A stretch of 64,000 bases of DNA, from positions 1,136 through 65,135 of the forward strand of contig VGZR01000002.1 in assembly GCA_016872515.1 (NCBI GenBank), given 5' to 3'. The notes beneath the pieces are model-generated. The model searched no databases and was not told where the DNA came from. It was given only the letters and a program-made list of their open reading frames with translations. This DNA comes from SAR202 cluster bacterium (GTDB taxonomy: Bacteria > Chloroflexota > Dehalococcoidia > Lucifugimonadales > VGZR01). Shown piece after piece: positions 38,817 to 48,370 of the stretch (position 1 is the first letter of the stretch; every line of letters starts with the position of its first letter). The position numbers were made by a program, and so were the translations under genes.

Positions 38817-40211
38817 CTAGAGTTGTGGTCTCTGCCACCCTCCGAACGTTTCTTCCAAGAAGGCCGCCACGCCCAGGGCCACGTCGTCGCACCAGGGCCG
38901 CGTGACGACTTGCACGCCGATGGGCAGCCCCTCGGGCGAGGTACCGCAACGGACGACGGCGGCGGGCCAGCCGGTCAGGTTATAGGGATAGGTGTAGGTG
39001 AACCCTGGCAGCACCTCGTCGTTCCACATCTCCTTGTGGCGCGTCGCGGGGAAGGCCGCCACGGGGCACAGGACGACGTCGTACCGCTCGATGTAAGAGG
39101 CCATGGCGGCGCGGTAGTCGTCCACCCGCATCATCAGCCGCCACAGGTCGGCAGCGGTCGCAGGGTTGGAGGCCATCCACTTGCTGGCGTTCTCGAACAT
39201 CCAGTGAAAGCGCTTCGTGCCTGCCGCCTTCAACGTCTCCCGGACAGCAACTCCCCCATCCGCCTGGAAGAGGGAAAAGATGAGGTCGCGGCACTGGTCC
39301 ATCCCCGGGGGCATGGCCTGCTTGACGATTGCTCCCGCATCCGCCAGCGCCTTCGCGGCCTTGCGGACGTTCGCGATGGTCTCGGGCGTCGGCGACAGGA
39401 CGCCGTTGTCGGTGTAGAAGGCCACCCGCAGTCCACTGACCTTGACGCGGCGGTAATCACCCAGCGGCACCGCGTGGGCGTGCGGGTCGCGCCAGTCCGG
39501 CCCCGAGACGATGGAGAGCACCAATGCGACGTCCTCGACGTAACGGGCCATCGGGCCGGCCTGGGTTAGCGGGTCGAGGACGCCGACGAACACGGGCCAG
39601 TGGCCTGTGCGCGGCACGCGCCCGCCCGTCGGCTTGATGCCAGCGATGCCGCAGAAGTGGCTGGGCACGCGGATACTGCCGCCGTTATCGCTGCCGATGC
39701 CGAGGGGCGACATGCCCGAGGCGATGGTGGCCGCCTCGCCGCCGCTGCTGCCGCCAGGGGTACGCGAGAGGTCGTAGGGGTTGCTGGAACGTCCATAGAC
39801 CAAGTTGTCGCTCTCGAAACCGAGCGATGCTTCAGGCAGATTCGTCTTGCCCACTAGGATGCCGCCAGCCGCCTTCAGCCGGGATACCACGGTCGCATCC
39901 GTGTCAGGCACATAGCCCTTGCGGCCCAAGGTGCCGCCAGTGGAGACGATGCCCGCCGTCTCGAATGCATCCTTCATGGTGAAGGGAACGCCATGCAGCG
40001 GGCCGGTGGTGTCGCCACGGGCCAGCGCCCCGTCTGCCTCGCGAGCCTGCTCCAGCGCAGAGTCCGCCGAGACCTGGACGAGGGAGTTGAGTTTGGGATT
40101 GACGGTCTCGATGCGCTGCAGATGCGCCTCCACCACCTCGACCGACGAGACCTTCTTCTGCCGGATGGCCCGTGCGAGCTTCGTAGCGGAGGCGTAGGTC
40201 AGTTCTTCCAT
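38817..40211 (-). CDS. amidase-signature family amidase (second copy, no GatC-like partner)
   Basis: PGGSSGGEAATIASGMSPLGIGSDNGGSIRVPS signature and the FTMKD...G..ST segment. Confidence 0.85.
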   Translation of the reverse strand: MEELTYASATKLARAIRQKKVSSVEVVEAHLQRIETVNPKLNSLVQVSADSALEQAREADGALARGDTTGPLHGVPFTMKDAFETAGIVSTGGTLGRKGYVPDTDATVVSRLKAAGGILVGKTNLPEASLGFESDNLVYGRSSNPYDLSRTPGGSSGGEAATIASGMSPLGIGSDNGGSIRVPSHFCGIAGIKPTGGRVPRTGHWPVFVGVLDPLTQAGPMARYVEDVALVLSIVSGPDWRDPHAHAVPLGDYRRVKVSGLRVAFYTDNGVLSPTPETIANVRKAAKALADAGAIVKQAMPPGMDQCRDLIFSLFQADGGVAVRETLKAAGTKRFHWMFENASKWMASNPATAADLWRLMMRVDDYRAAMASYIERYDVVLCPVAAFPATRHKEMWNDEVLPGFTYTYPYNLTGWPAAVVRCGTSPEGLPIGVQVVTRPWCDDVALGVAAFLEETFGGWQRPQL

Positions 40212-40216
40212 AGCTG

Positions 40217-41104
40217 CTAGCTCCTGAGGTCTTTCGTTGCTTCTGCGAAGCGGCGGAGGAGTTTGATGTGCTCGTCAACCGACCGCAGACCGGCGTTCAT
40301 CGTGTCCAGCGAGATGTGGGACGCATCGAGACGGCGCCACGCCTCGGCCTCGGCGGTCAGCTGGTCAATCGTCCGCTTGGCGGCAGTGAGACGCCCCTCG
40401 ACGCCGATGGACTTCGGCTCGCGGCCCGCTTTACGGGCTGCCTCGCGCACTCGTGCCAGCTTCTCCTCAAACGCCGCATCCGGTGGTTCCGTGGTGTCGG
40501 GGAACCATCCGTCCGCCAACCGGCCTGTCCGCTCCAGCACTTGGCTGGCCATCCCACCGAGCCAGATGGGGATGGGCCGCTGGACGGGCGTGGGGTTGAT
40601 CCCCAGGTGTGTGAATTCGTGCCACTTGCCGGTGAAGTTGATAGCCTTCTGTGTCCAAAGCGCCCGGAGAACGGCGATCTGCTCCTCGCTCCGCTTTCCC
40701 CTATCGTTGAACGCCTCGCCCAGGGCGCGGTAGGCGAAGGTGTTCCAGCCAAGGCCGATGCCGAGCCGCAGCCGTCCGCGTGAGAGGATGTCCACCTCAG
40801 CTGCCTGCTTGGCCACAAGCCCGGTCTGCCGCGCCGTCAGGATCAAGACCGACGTGGCGAAGCCCAGCTTCTTCGTCACTCCTGCCAGGTAGCCGAACAG
40901 CACCAGCGGCTCGTGGAACGTGTGTTTGATGGTGTAGTACATCATGATGTCGTTCACCTCGACCGCGTCGGGGTCGGACTGGAGCATCTCATCGTAGGCG
41001 ATGAGGTGGGCAAGCCCCATGTCCTCTAGCGCCTGGGCGTAGTCGCGGATGACCATTGGGTCGCTTCCGATCTCGGTGTGTGGGAAGACTGCTCCGATGT
41101 GCAT
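40217..41104 (-). CDS. LLM-class oxidoreductase (short, F420- or FMN-dependent type)
   Basis: 295 aa: MHIGAVFPHTEIGSDPMVIRDYAQALEDMGLAHLIAYDE..., RLRLGIGLGWN. The size and motifs fit the short LLM/F420-dependent subgroup. The cofactor cannot be told from sequence alone. Confidence 0.75.
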   Translation of the reverse strand: MHIGAVFPHTEIGSDPMVIRDYAQALEDMGLAHLIAYDEMLQSDPDAVEVNDIMMYYTIKHTFHEPLVLFGYLAGVTKKLGFATSVLILTARQTGLVAKQAAEVDILSRGRLRLGIGLGWNTFAYRALGEAFNDRGKRSEEQIAVLRALWTQKAINFTGKWHEFTHLGINPTPVQRPIPIWLGGMASQVLERTGRLADGWFPDTTEPPDAAFEEKLARVREAARKAGREPKSIGVEGRLTAAKRTIDQLTAEAEAWRRLDASHISLDTMNAGLRSVDEHIKLLRRFAEATKDLRS

Positions 41105-41143
41105 ACTTACCTCCTAGCCCTATTGGGCCAGCCCTATAGGGTG

Positions 41144-42294
41144 CTATGCGCCGGCTTGGCCGGAGAGCCGCGTCACGAGGAACGACTCGTCCGTGAACCA
41201 GAGGCCGTTGTACTTCCTCAGAACATCTCGTGTGACATCCAGATACTTCCTGTGGGTCATCGCATCCACCAGTTGCCTATCATCCATCTGCGCTACATAG
41301 ATGGCTGCATTCCAAGCGGCCAAGAGAGCGGACGTGCCGATGGTGCTGCTGAGCTCGTCAGGCGGGAGCTGAAGGGAGAACTGGAACTCCGCCCTCGAGT
41401 CCATATAGCTCACGCACCGCAGGTCCGGCCGGTCGGTCTCCAGTTGGGACTGGAGCGCCCGTATGAGCTCCTGGCGTGGGGACCTGAACGGCTGCTCGCC
41501 GGGCCACACCCCCCGGATGATCTCCATCCCAGGGTCCTTGCCGGTGGACTGAACCGTCACCAGCAGGCCATCCGGGGCCAGGGAACGCGCAAGGGGGGCC
41601 AGCACGGTCTTGGCCTTGGCCTCTGCAGGCAGCCGCGCCCGGAAGGGCTGGGATGCGAGGATGAGGTCGTACTCGTGGTTGAGGTCGCCCCGTGCCGGGA
41701 TGACCGACGCCAGCGCCTTCTCCTGGTCTTGGCGATAGATGACCATGACGGAGGGAGTCGCATAGATAGGATTCCCTGTCTTCGGACTCGTCTCAGCCCG
41801 CCACCACTCCCTGAGGAGGTGGTTGAGCTCCCTGAGTGGCCCTCGAACTCGAAGGCCGAGGTGCCGCTAAGCGGCAGGGTCAGCCAACGCAGCTTGGCCT
41901 GAGCCGCGGCGGACTTCGGGTAGAGCCAAGGCGCTTCGGAGTAGAACAGGTTGGTCACGACCAGCACTGTCTGCGGATGCTCCTGCAAGCGGTCGGGCAT
42001 CTTCTCAAGGCAGATGCGCACGTCCTCGTGGCTTATCTCCTTACCAACGGCCAACAAAGGCATGCTGGGGAAACGGTAGTGCAGCAGCCGCATGATGCGT
42101 GTGAGCACAGTGCCGTCGCCCATGCCTGCGTCAAAGACCCGCAGGGCGTGCGGTTTGGGCTCCAGGTACTTGATCTCCATGCCGATGCGGTTCGCTATGA
42201 CCTGTTTTTCGTCGCAGGTGTTCACGAAGAGGAGGTACTTCTCCCGGTTGTCGAAGAAGCGGAAGGCGTGGTTCTGTTCAGGGGGAGTGGTCAT
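41144..42294 (-). pseudogene. methyltransferase-like protein of unknown function, reading frame broken by a 1-nt deficit near 41838-41842
   Basis: - N-terminal part (from ATG 42294: MTTPPEQNHAFRFFDNREKYLLF...RVFDAGMGDGTVLTRIM...LSGTSAFEFEG) carries a SAM-MTase-like motif I.
- Sense continues in the -1 frame (PLRELNHLLREWWRAETSPKTGNPIYATPSVMVIYRQDQ... = ORF 41144..41746).
- That second frame is closed by a TAG about 30 nt upstream of the junction, which pins the shift to a short window. Confidence 0.55.
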
Positions 42295-42413
42295 AGTGGC
42301 GCTTGCTGGTACGGCGGATTGTATGCCATGGCACCCAGCGTGCATAGGAGCGTGGTTCGCGTACAATATCGCCGCCGTTCGGCCATGCCAGTACCGAGCT
42401 GCGAGGGGGCGCG

Positions 42414-45400
42414 ATGTTCAGGATCGGCATAGACGTAGGGGGCACCTTCACCGACTTTGTGGTCGCCAGGGACGGAGAGGCGCCTCGCTTTTTCAAGGCC
42501 CATAGCACACCAAACGACCCGTCCGAAGGGGTGATGACCGGCCTCGGCGACATCGCCGCCGCCTACGACCTCTCCCGCGACACCCTCCTAGCCGAGATCG
42601 CCACCATCATCCACGGCACCACCGTCGCCACCAACACCCTGGTAGAGCGCAAGGGCGCCAAGGTCGGACTGGTGACGACCAAGGGATTCCGCGACCTCCT
42701 GGAGATGCGCGAGGGGCTGAAGGAAAACCGGTACAACCTACACATGAAGCCGATGGAGCCGCTGGTGCCGCGCTACCTGCGAGCCGAGGTGCCGGAGCGG
42801 GTCCGCTCCAGCGGCATAGTGCATACGCCTCTCGACCTGGACGCGGTGGATAGGGCTCTGGAGCAGCTGGTGGCCGAGGGCGTCGAGTCGCTGTCGGTCT
42901 GCTTCCTATTCTCGTTCCTGAACCCCGTCCACGAGCGGCAGGTCGCAGAGCGCATCGCGGCAAAGCTTCCCGGCATGTTCACCTCGCTCTCCTGCGAGGT
43001 TCTGCCCCAGATCAAGGAGTACGACCGGCTGAGCACTACGGTGGTGAATTCATATGTCGGCCCGGTCTTCGGCCGGTACCTAGAGAACCTCAAGGGGCGC
43101 ATCGGCTCGACGGGGCGGGCGCGTGAGGTGCTCATCATGCAGTCCAACGGCGGCGTCGCCTCGCTGGACGAGTCGGCGAAGCTGGCGGTGCGGGCGGTCC
43201 TGTCCGGCCCGGCGGGCGGCGTGGCGGGCGCTTCCGCCTACGGTCAGCTCCTGGGCCACTCGAAGGTCGTCGCCTTCGACATGGGCGGCACCAGTACGGA
43301 CATCTCACTGGTGGAGGACAGCGCGCCGCACCTGACCACGGAGCAGTTCGAGGCGGGCTGGAAGATCGCGGTGCCGATGATAGACATCCACACCCTGGGC
43401 GCGGGCGGCGGCAGCATCGCCCGTGTCGGCGGCGGTATCCTGCGAGTCGGGCCGGACAGCGCGGGTGCCGACCCAGGCCCCGCGTGCTACGCCAGAGGCG
43501 GCACAGACGCGACGGTGACCGACGCCAACCTGGTGCTGGGTTACCTCGACGCGGCCAATTTCCTGGGCGGCAAGGCGAGGCTCGACCCTGGGCTGGCGCG
43601 CAAGGCGGTAGCCGAGCGGGTCGGCAAGCCGCTGGGTCTGAACGAGGCGCAGGCAGCCTACGGCGTGCATCAGGTAGTGTCCACCTCCATGGCTGAGGGC
43701 ATCCGGCTCGCGTCGGTGCGGCGTGGGGTTGACCCGCGCCGGTTCACCCTCATGGCCTTCGGCGGCGCGGCAGGGCTGCACGTGAGCAACGTCGCCCGGC
43801 AGCTCGGCATCGCCCGCGTCAGCGTTCCCGCCGCCGCGCCCGTGTTTTGCGCCTACGGGATGCTCTCCACTGACCTCCAGTTCGACCTGTCGCGCTCCTA
43901 CCCGGCCAGCCTCCATACCGCTGACCTCGTGGCAATCCGCGCGCTCCTGGGCGAGCTCCAAGGCCAAGGGCAGAGCAAGCTGGCTGCCCAGGGCGTGGCC
44001 CGCCACGACATGGGCTTCGCGTTCTCGGCGGACATGCGCTACCTCGACCAGATCTACGAGGTGACCGTGCCTATCCCAGACATGGCGCTGGACAGCGCGG
44101 TGATGGTGCGAGAGTGGGCCGCCAACTTCCACCGGCGGTACGAGGAGCTGTACTCCTACCACCAGCAGGGCCAAGAGATACAGCTGGTAACGCTGCGAGT
44201 GAAGGCCACAGGCCGCCTGAGCAAGATAGCCCTGCCCCGCAAGACCGCCGCAGGCCCAGCCGATGCCGCATTGAAGGGGCGGCGCCGCGTCTACCTCGGC
44301 GAGTGGCACGAAGTGCCCGTTTACGACATGGACCGACTGTCGCCGGGAGCAACGGTGCGCGGTCCGGCCATCATCGAGTCTGATTTCACCACCATCCTCG
44401 CCGACACAGGCGACACGGCCACGGTTGACCCGTACGGCGGCATCGAGCTGCGGGTGGCACTTGGACGCGGCTCGGCATCGGAAACCAAGGCCGCCGAAGG
44501 GCCGGACCCGGTGACCGTCGCCGTGGTCGGCAACCGGCTCGACTCCATCGCCGCCGAGATGATGGAGGTCATGCTGCGGACCGCCATGTCGCAGATCCTC
44601 AACTCCAGCCGCGACTTCTCCACCGCCATCATAGATGCCGATTGCCAGCTCGTGGCCCAGGGCGAGGGCATCCCCGTCCACACCAGCGCGCTGCCGCTGG
44701 CGGCGGCGTCCGTCCGCGACTACTTCGGGAAGGACATGGCCGAGGGCGACCTGTTCCTCCTCAACGACCCCTACTTCGGGGCCAGCCATCTGCCCGACAT
44801 CACCGTCATCCGGCCCGTGTTCCACGACGGCAAGCCGCTGTACTACGCGGTGAACCGGGCGCACCACAGCGATGTCGGCGGCGCCACGCACGGTGCCTAC
44901 AACCCCGAGGCCAGCGAGATCTACCACGAGGGGTTGCGCATCCCGCCACTGCGTATCTACGACAAGGGTATGCCGAGGCAAGACCTGCTCCAGATGCTGT
45001 CAGCCAACGTCCGCCACCCAGAGAACTTTCTGGGCGACCTGAACGCCCAGATCGGCTCGGTCGAGGTGGCCGTGCGGCGCATCAGGGCGCTGCTGGCCGA
45101 CTACGGCCCCGACCGGCTCGGCGCCTGCATCGAGGAGCTGCTGCGCGCCGCCGAGACGGATGTGCGGCAGTTCATCGCCCAGTGGCCGGAGGGTGTGTAC
45201 AAAGGCGAGAGCATCATCGACGACGACGGCTTCGAGTTCAAGGACATCCCCATCCGCGCGACAGTCACCATCAAGGGCGGCGAGATGACCGTGGACCTGA
45301 GCGAGTCGAGCAGGCAAGTCACCGGCTTCCTCAACAGCTCCTACGCCAACACGCGCTCTATCGTCCACGCGGCGATGCTGTACATGGCCCCGTCGGACGT

Positions 45401-46133
45401 GCCGAAGAACGAAGGCTCGATGCGGCCTGTGAAGGTCATCGCGCCTGAAGGGCTCATCGTTCACGCACGGCCTCCCGCGCCGGTATGCATGAGCACGAAC
45501 CACTGTGCCGAGGAGATCACCGAGGCCATCTTCAAGGCGCTGGCGCCCGTAGTGCCCCACGCGGTCACGGCGGCCTGGGGCAGGCGGCTGCGCTACGCCA
45601 TCACGGGCGTGGACCCGCGCAACGGGCGGCGTTTCATCTGGCACTTCTTCCTGGCCCGCCCAGGCGGCGGCGCGTGCCAGGACTTCGACGGCTGGTCCAA
45701 TGTCGGTGAGCTGAACGCCCCAGGCGCCATCCGCGCGCCCAGCATCGAGGTCACCGAGGAGCGGTTCCCCTTCCTCATCCTGCGCAACGAGCAACGCCCC
45801 AACTCCGGCGGCAAGGGGATGCGCCGCGGCGGCCTGGGTGGCATCTGCGACCTGGTGTACGAGGGCGAGGGCATCGCGCGGCTGAACACCGCCGGCGACG
45901 GCATCCACAACCCGCCCTTCGGCCAACTGGGCGCCGGGCCGGGCAAGCCCCACAGGTACTCCATCATCTCCGACGGGAAGGAGCGGGTGCTGCGGTCGAA
46001 GCAGGCGGGCGTGGTGGTCAAGCCGGGCGACATCATCCGATGTCTCTCGGCGGGCGGAGGCGGCTTCGGCGACCCGCGCAAACGCTCCCGTCCCGACAGG
46101 CAGCGGGACAAGAAGAACAGGTACGTGACGTAG
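42414..46133 (+). CDS. fused hydantoinase/oxoprolinase (HyuA-like N-terminal half + HyuB-like C-terminal half)
   Basis: 1239 aa. MFRIGIDVGGTFTDFV is the Hydantoinase_A N-terminus and FDMGGTSTD follows. The second half, from about aa 700 (DPVTVAVVGNRLDSIAEEM-type segment, here DPVTVAVVGNRLDSIAAEMMEVM), is Hydantoinase_B-like. Confidence 0.85.
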   Translation: MFRIGIDVGGTFTDFVVARDGEAPRFFKAHSTPNDPSEGVMTGLGDIAAAYDLSRDTLLAEIATIIHGTTVATNTLVERKGAKVGLVTTKGFRDLLEMREGLKENRYNLHMKPMEPLVPRYLRAEVPERVRSSGIVHTPLDLDAVDRALEQLVAEGVESLSVCFLFSFLNPVHERQVAERIAAKLPGMFTSLSCEVLPQIKEYDRLSTTVVNSYVGPVFGRYLENLKGRIGSTGRAREVLIMQSNGGVASLDESAKLAVRAVLSGPAGGVAGASAYGQLLGHSKVVAFDMGGTSTDISLVEDSAPHLTTEQFEAGWKIAVPMIDIHTLGAGGGSIARVGGGILRVGPDSAGADPGPACYARGGTDATVTDANLVLGYLDAANFLGGKARLDPGLARKAVAERVGKPLGLNEAQAAYGVHQVVSTSMAEGIRLASVRRGVDPRRFTLMAFGGAAGLHVSNVARQLGIARVSVPAAAPVFCAYGMLSTDLQFDLSRSYPASLHTADLVAIRALLGELQGQGQSKLAAQGVARHDMGFAFSADMRYLDQIYEVTVPIPDMALDSAVMVREWAANFHRRYEELYSYHQQGQEIQLVTLRVKATGRLSKIALPRKTAAGPADAALKGRRRVYLGEWHEVPVYDMDRLSPGATVRGPAIIESDFTTILADTGDTATVDPYGGIELRVALGRGSASETKAAEGPDPVTVAVVGNRLDSIAAEMMEVMLRTAMSQILNSSRDFSTAIIDADCQLVAQGEGIPVHTSALPLAAASVRDYFGKDMAEGDLFLLNDPYFGASHLPDITVIRPVFHDGKPLYYAVNRAHHSDVGGATHGAYNPEASEIYHEGLRIPPLRIYDKGMPRQDLLQMLSANVRHPENFLGDLNAQIGSVEVAVRRIRALLADYGPDRLGACIEELLRAAETDVRQFIAQWPEGVYKGESIIDDDGFEFKDIPIRATVTIKGGEMTVDLSESSRQVTGFLNSSYANTRSIVHAAMLYMAPSDVPKNEGSMRPVKVIAPEGLIVHARPPAPVCMSTNHCAEEITEAIFKALAPVVPHAVTAAWGRRLRYAITGVDPRNGRRFIWHFFLARPGGGACQDFDGWSNVGELNAPGAIRAPSIEVTEERFPFLILRNEQRPNSGGKGMRRGGLGGICDLVYEGEGIARLNTAGDGIHNPPFGQLGAGPGKPHRYSIISDGKERVLRSKQAGVVVKPGDIIRCLSAGGGGFGDPRKRSRPDRQRDKKNRYVT

Positions 46134-46143
46134 AGGCAGGGCG

Positions 46144-46719
46144 ATGGCTGGCAACGAGTACGCATTCCTGACCAACTGGCGGGTGCAGGGCACCGCGCGG
46201 GAGGTCTATGACATCCTGAGCGAGGCGCCCGACCTGGTGCGCTGGTGGCCGTCGGTCTATCTGGACGTGAAGGAGCTGGAGCACGGCGACGCCGACGGCG
46301 TGGGCAAGCGCGTCAGCCTCTACACCAAGGGCTGGCTGCCCTACACCCTGCGCTGGGATTTCGTCGTCACCGAGGTGCGTAAGTACACTGGCTTCAGCCT
46401 GGAGGCGCAGGGTGATTTCGTCGGCAGGGGCGTGTGGACGTTCACCCAGGACGGCGACTGGGTGGACATCGCCTACGACTGGCGCATCCGCGCGGACAAG
46501 CCCCTGCTGAAGTACCTGTCGTTCATGCTCAAGCCGATGTTCTCGGCCAACCACCGCTGGGCGATGGCGAAGGGCGAGGAGAGCCTGAAGCTGGAGCTGA
46601 TGCGGCTCCACGCGGCCAGCGACACCGAGCGGGCCAGGATAGCCGCGCCGCCGAAGGCGACGCCGCGCTCGACACTGGGGTTCCTCGGCTTCCTGGTGCT
46701 CAGAGGCGGACGAGGGTAG
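46144..46719 (+). CDS. SRPBCC (START/polyketide-cyclase-like) family protein
   Basis: EYAFLTNWRVQGTAREVYDILSEAPDLVRWWPSVY... is a typical SRPBCC N-terminus. It starts 11 nt after the hydantoinase stop. Confidence 0.6.
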   Translation: MAGNEYAFLTNWRVQGTAREVYDILSEAPDLVRWWPSVYLDVKELEHGDADGVGKRVSLYTKGWLPYTLRWDFVVTEVRKYTGFSLEAQGDFVGRGVWTFTQDGDWVDIAYDWRIRADKPLLKYLSFMLKPMFSANHRWAMAKGEESLKLELMRLHAASDTERARIAAPPKATPRSTLGFLGFLVLRGGRG

Positions 46720-46730
46720 GCTGAACGGCC

Positions 46731-47789
46731 TTACTTCTTCTGGGCCTTCTGACGAGGAGTCCGTAGAGCTTCCCCATCGGGAGAGGACGACTCTGCCTCC
46801 TCCAGCCCCGTCACCTGGAGGGGGTCGCGGCGCGAGCGGTCAACGGTGACCTGGAACACATCGGGGCGGGCGTAGTGGCCGGCGATGTCGAGGCTCTGCT
46901 TCTGCTTCGGAATCTCGGTCAGGTCGAGGTCGGCGTAGAGGATGTCCTCTCCCTCGTAGGACGGCCCGGCCAGGTAACGGCCGTCGGGCGCGATGATGGC
47001 GCTGCCGCCCACGAGCAGCCGGTCGGGCCACTCCCGCGCCTCCTTCGCTAGCTCGAAGTCTCTCGGCAGCTCGTCCTTCTCCAGCCAGCCGCAGGCGGCG
47101 ACGACGAAGCTGCGCCCCTGGAAGGCGTAGTGGCGGCTGGCGGTCTGGACCATCTCGCCCTCGACCTCGCCGAGGCCATAGACGGACGGCCACAGCGCGG
47201 CGTGGACCTGCTCGCCCTGGGCGGCCAGCGCGTACGCCGACAGGGGCATCCAGTGCTCCCAGCAGATGAGGCCGCCGAGGCGGCCCGCGCTGGTGTCGTG
47301 GGGGCCCAGGCCACTGGCATCGCCCGGCGCCCAGATGACGCGCTCGTGGAAGGTCGGCATGAGCTTGCGGTGCTTGCCGAGCAGGCGGCCGTCGCGCCCG
47401 AAGTAGAGGATGGTGTTGTACAGGCTGGCCCGGCCGAAGTCGGCGTCACGCTCGTTGACGCCCATGACCAGGTTGACCCCGGCCTTGCGGGCTGCGCGGC
47501 CCAGGGCTTCGGTGGCGGGACTAGGCACCTCCACCGAGTTCTGGGAGAGGCGTGCGAAGAGGCGGCGGCCGGCCTCGTGCAGCCGCCAGGCGGGGATGCG
47601 GCTGGCCCAGACGGGGTAGCCTGGCAGCCACGTTTCGGGGAAGACCACGGTCTCGGCGCCCTTGGCCGCGGCCTTCTCGGTCAGCGCCACCGCCTTCTTC
47701 ACGGTCGCGTCCAGGTCCAGGAACACCGGCGATGCCTGGACGGCCGCCACCCGCGTCTTCTTCGGCTCAGTCATGCTTGGCCTCCTCAT
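46731..47789 (-). CDS. nitrilase / carbon-nitrogen hydrolase family enzyme
   Basis: Glu-Lys-Cys triad contexts VVFPETWLPGYP, KHRKLMPT and GGLICWEHWMPL. Confidence 0.8.
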   Translation of the reverse strand: MRRPSMTEPKKTRVAAVQASPVFLDLDATVKKAVALTEKAAAKGAETVVFPETWLPGYPVWASRIPAWRLHEAGRRLFARLSQNSVEVPSPATEALGRAARKAGVNLVMGVNERDADFGRASLYNTILYFGRDGRLLGKHRKLMPTFHERVIWAPGDASGLGPHDTSAGRLGGLICWEHWMPLSAYALAAQGEQVHAALWPSVYGLGEVEGEMVQTASRHYAFQGRSFVVAACGWLEKDELPRDFELAKEAREWPDRLLVGGSAIIAPDGRYLAGPSYEGEDILYADLDLTEIPKQKQSLDIAGHYARPDVFQVTVDRSRRDPLQVTGLEEAESSSPDGEALRTPRQKAQKK

Positions 47790-47826
47790 CGCTCACTGGG
47801 GACAGTCGGACATCGTTCACTCTTGC

Positions 47827-48060
47827 TCACCGGTCTGACAGTAGTCTCTGAAACTCCAGTCCGGTCATATCAACGTCCCTCAAGATCTTTGACAGAAGAC
47901 CAGGTCCCAAAACCTCTCGGGCATGAACGGGAACCACGGTGCTTCTGCCATCTTCATGGCGCAAGAAGAGGTGACTGCCCCGCTGGCGGACTACGCGAAA
48001 CGATGCCCGCTCTAGGGCTTGGACGACTTCCCGTCCGGTGACCCTGGGCAGACGAGGCAT
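47827..48060 (-). CDS. hicA: HicA-family toxin (mRNA interferase)
   Basis: 77 aa: LPRVTGREVVQALERASFRVVRQRGSHLFLRHEDGRSTVVPVH, a YcfA/HicA fold with the GSH motif. The ATG directly abuts the hicB stop. Confidence 0.8.
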   Translation of the reverse strand: MPRLPRVTGREVVQALERASFRVVRQRGSHLFLRHEDGRSTVVPVHAREVLGPGLLSKILRDVDMTGLEFQRLLSDR

Positions 48061-48273
48061 CTAAACGATAACCCGATGAATGCCCACTAGGGTCAACGAT
48101 TCGACACCGTCGTCGCCTTGGACTTCTAAACAAAGGGAAATCGCTTCTCTTATTCTCTCTTCAAGTTCGTCGAGCGACTTTGCTTGCGTATGGCATCCGG
48201 GCAAAGCGGGGACGGTGGCAACAAAGTATCCATCCTCGTCATGTTCGATGACGACGGTATATTCCCTTGCCAT
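48061..48273 (-). CDS. hicB: HicB-family antitoxin (short, no appended DNA-binding domain)
   Basis: 70 aa: YTVVIEHDEDGYFVATVPALPGCHTQAKSLDELEERIREAISLCLE, a UPF0150/HicB N-domain. Confidence 0.8.
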   Translation of the reverse strand: MAREYTVVIEHDEDGYFVATVPALPGCHTQAKSLDELEERIREAISLCLEVQGDDGVESLTLVGIHRVIV

Positions 48274-48370
48274 GTGTACCTCCTCCGAGGACTAATACTA
48301 CCCCACCTCGGTGTCCCGTAACGTCCCTGCGCATTGAGACAGGGACAGTCCACCTTGAGCCGCGCCTACA

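Noticed and set aside
43305-46193. 558-aa and 397-aa minus-strand ORFs (43305..44981 and 45000..46193)
   Set aside because: Both are antisense to the 1239-aa hydantoinase/oxoprolinase gene. They have no motifs and a GC-driven open frame.
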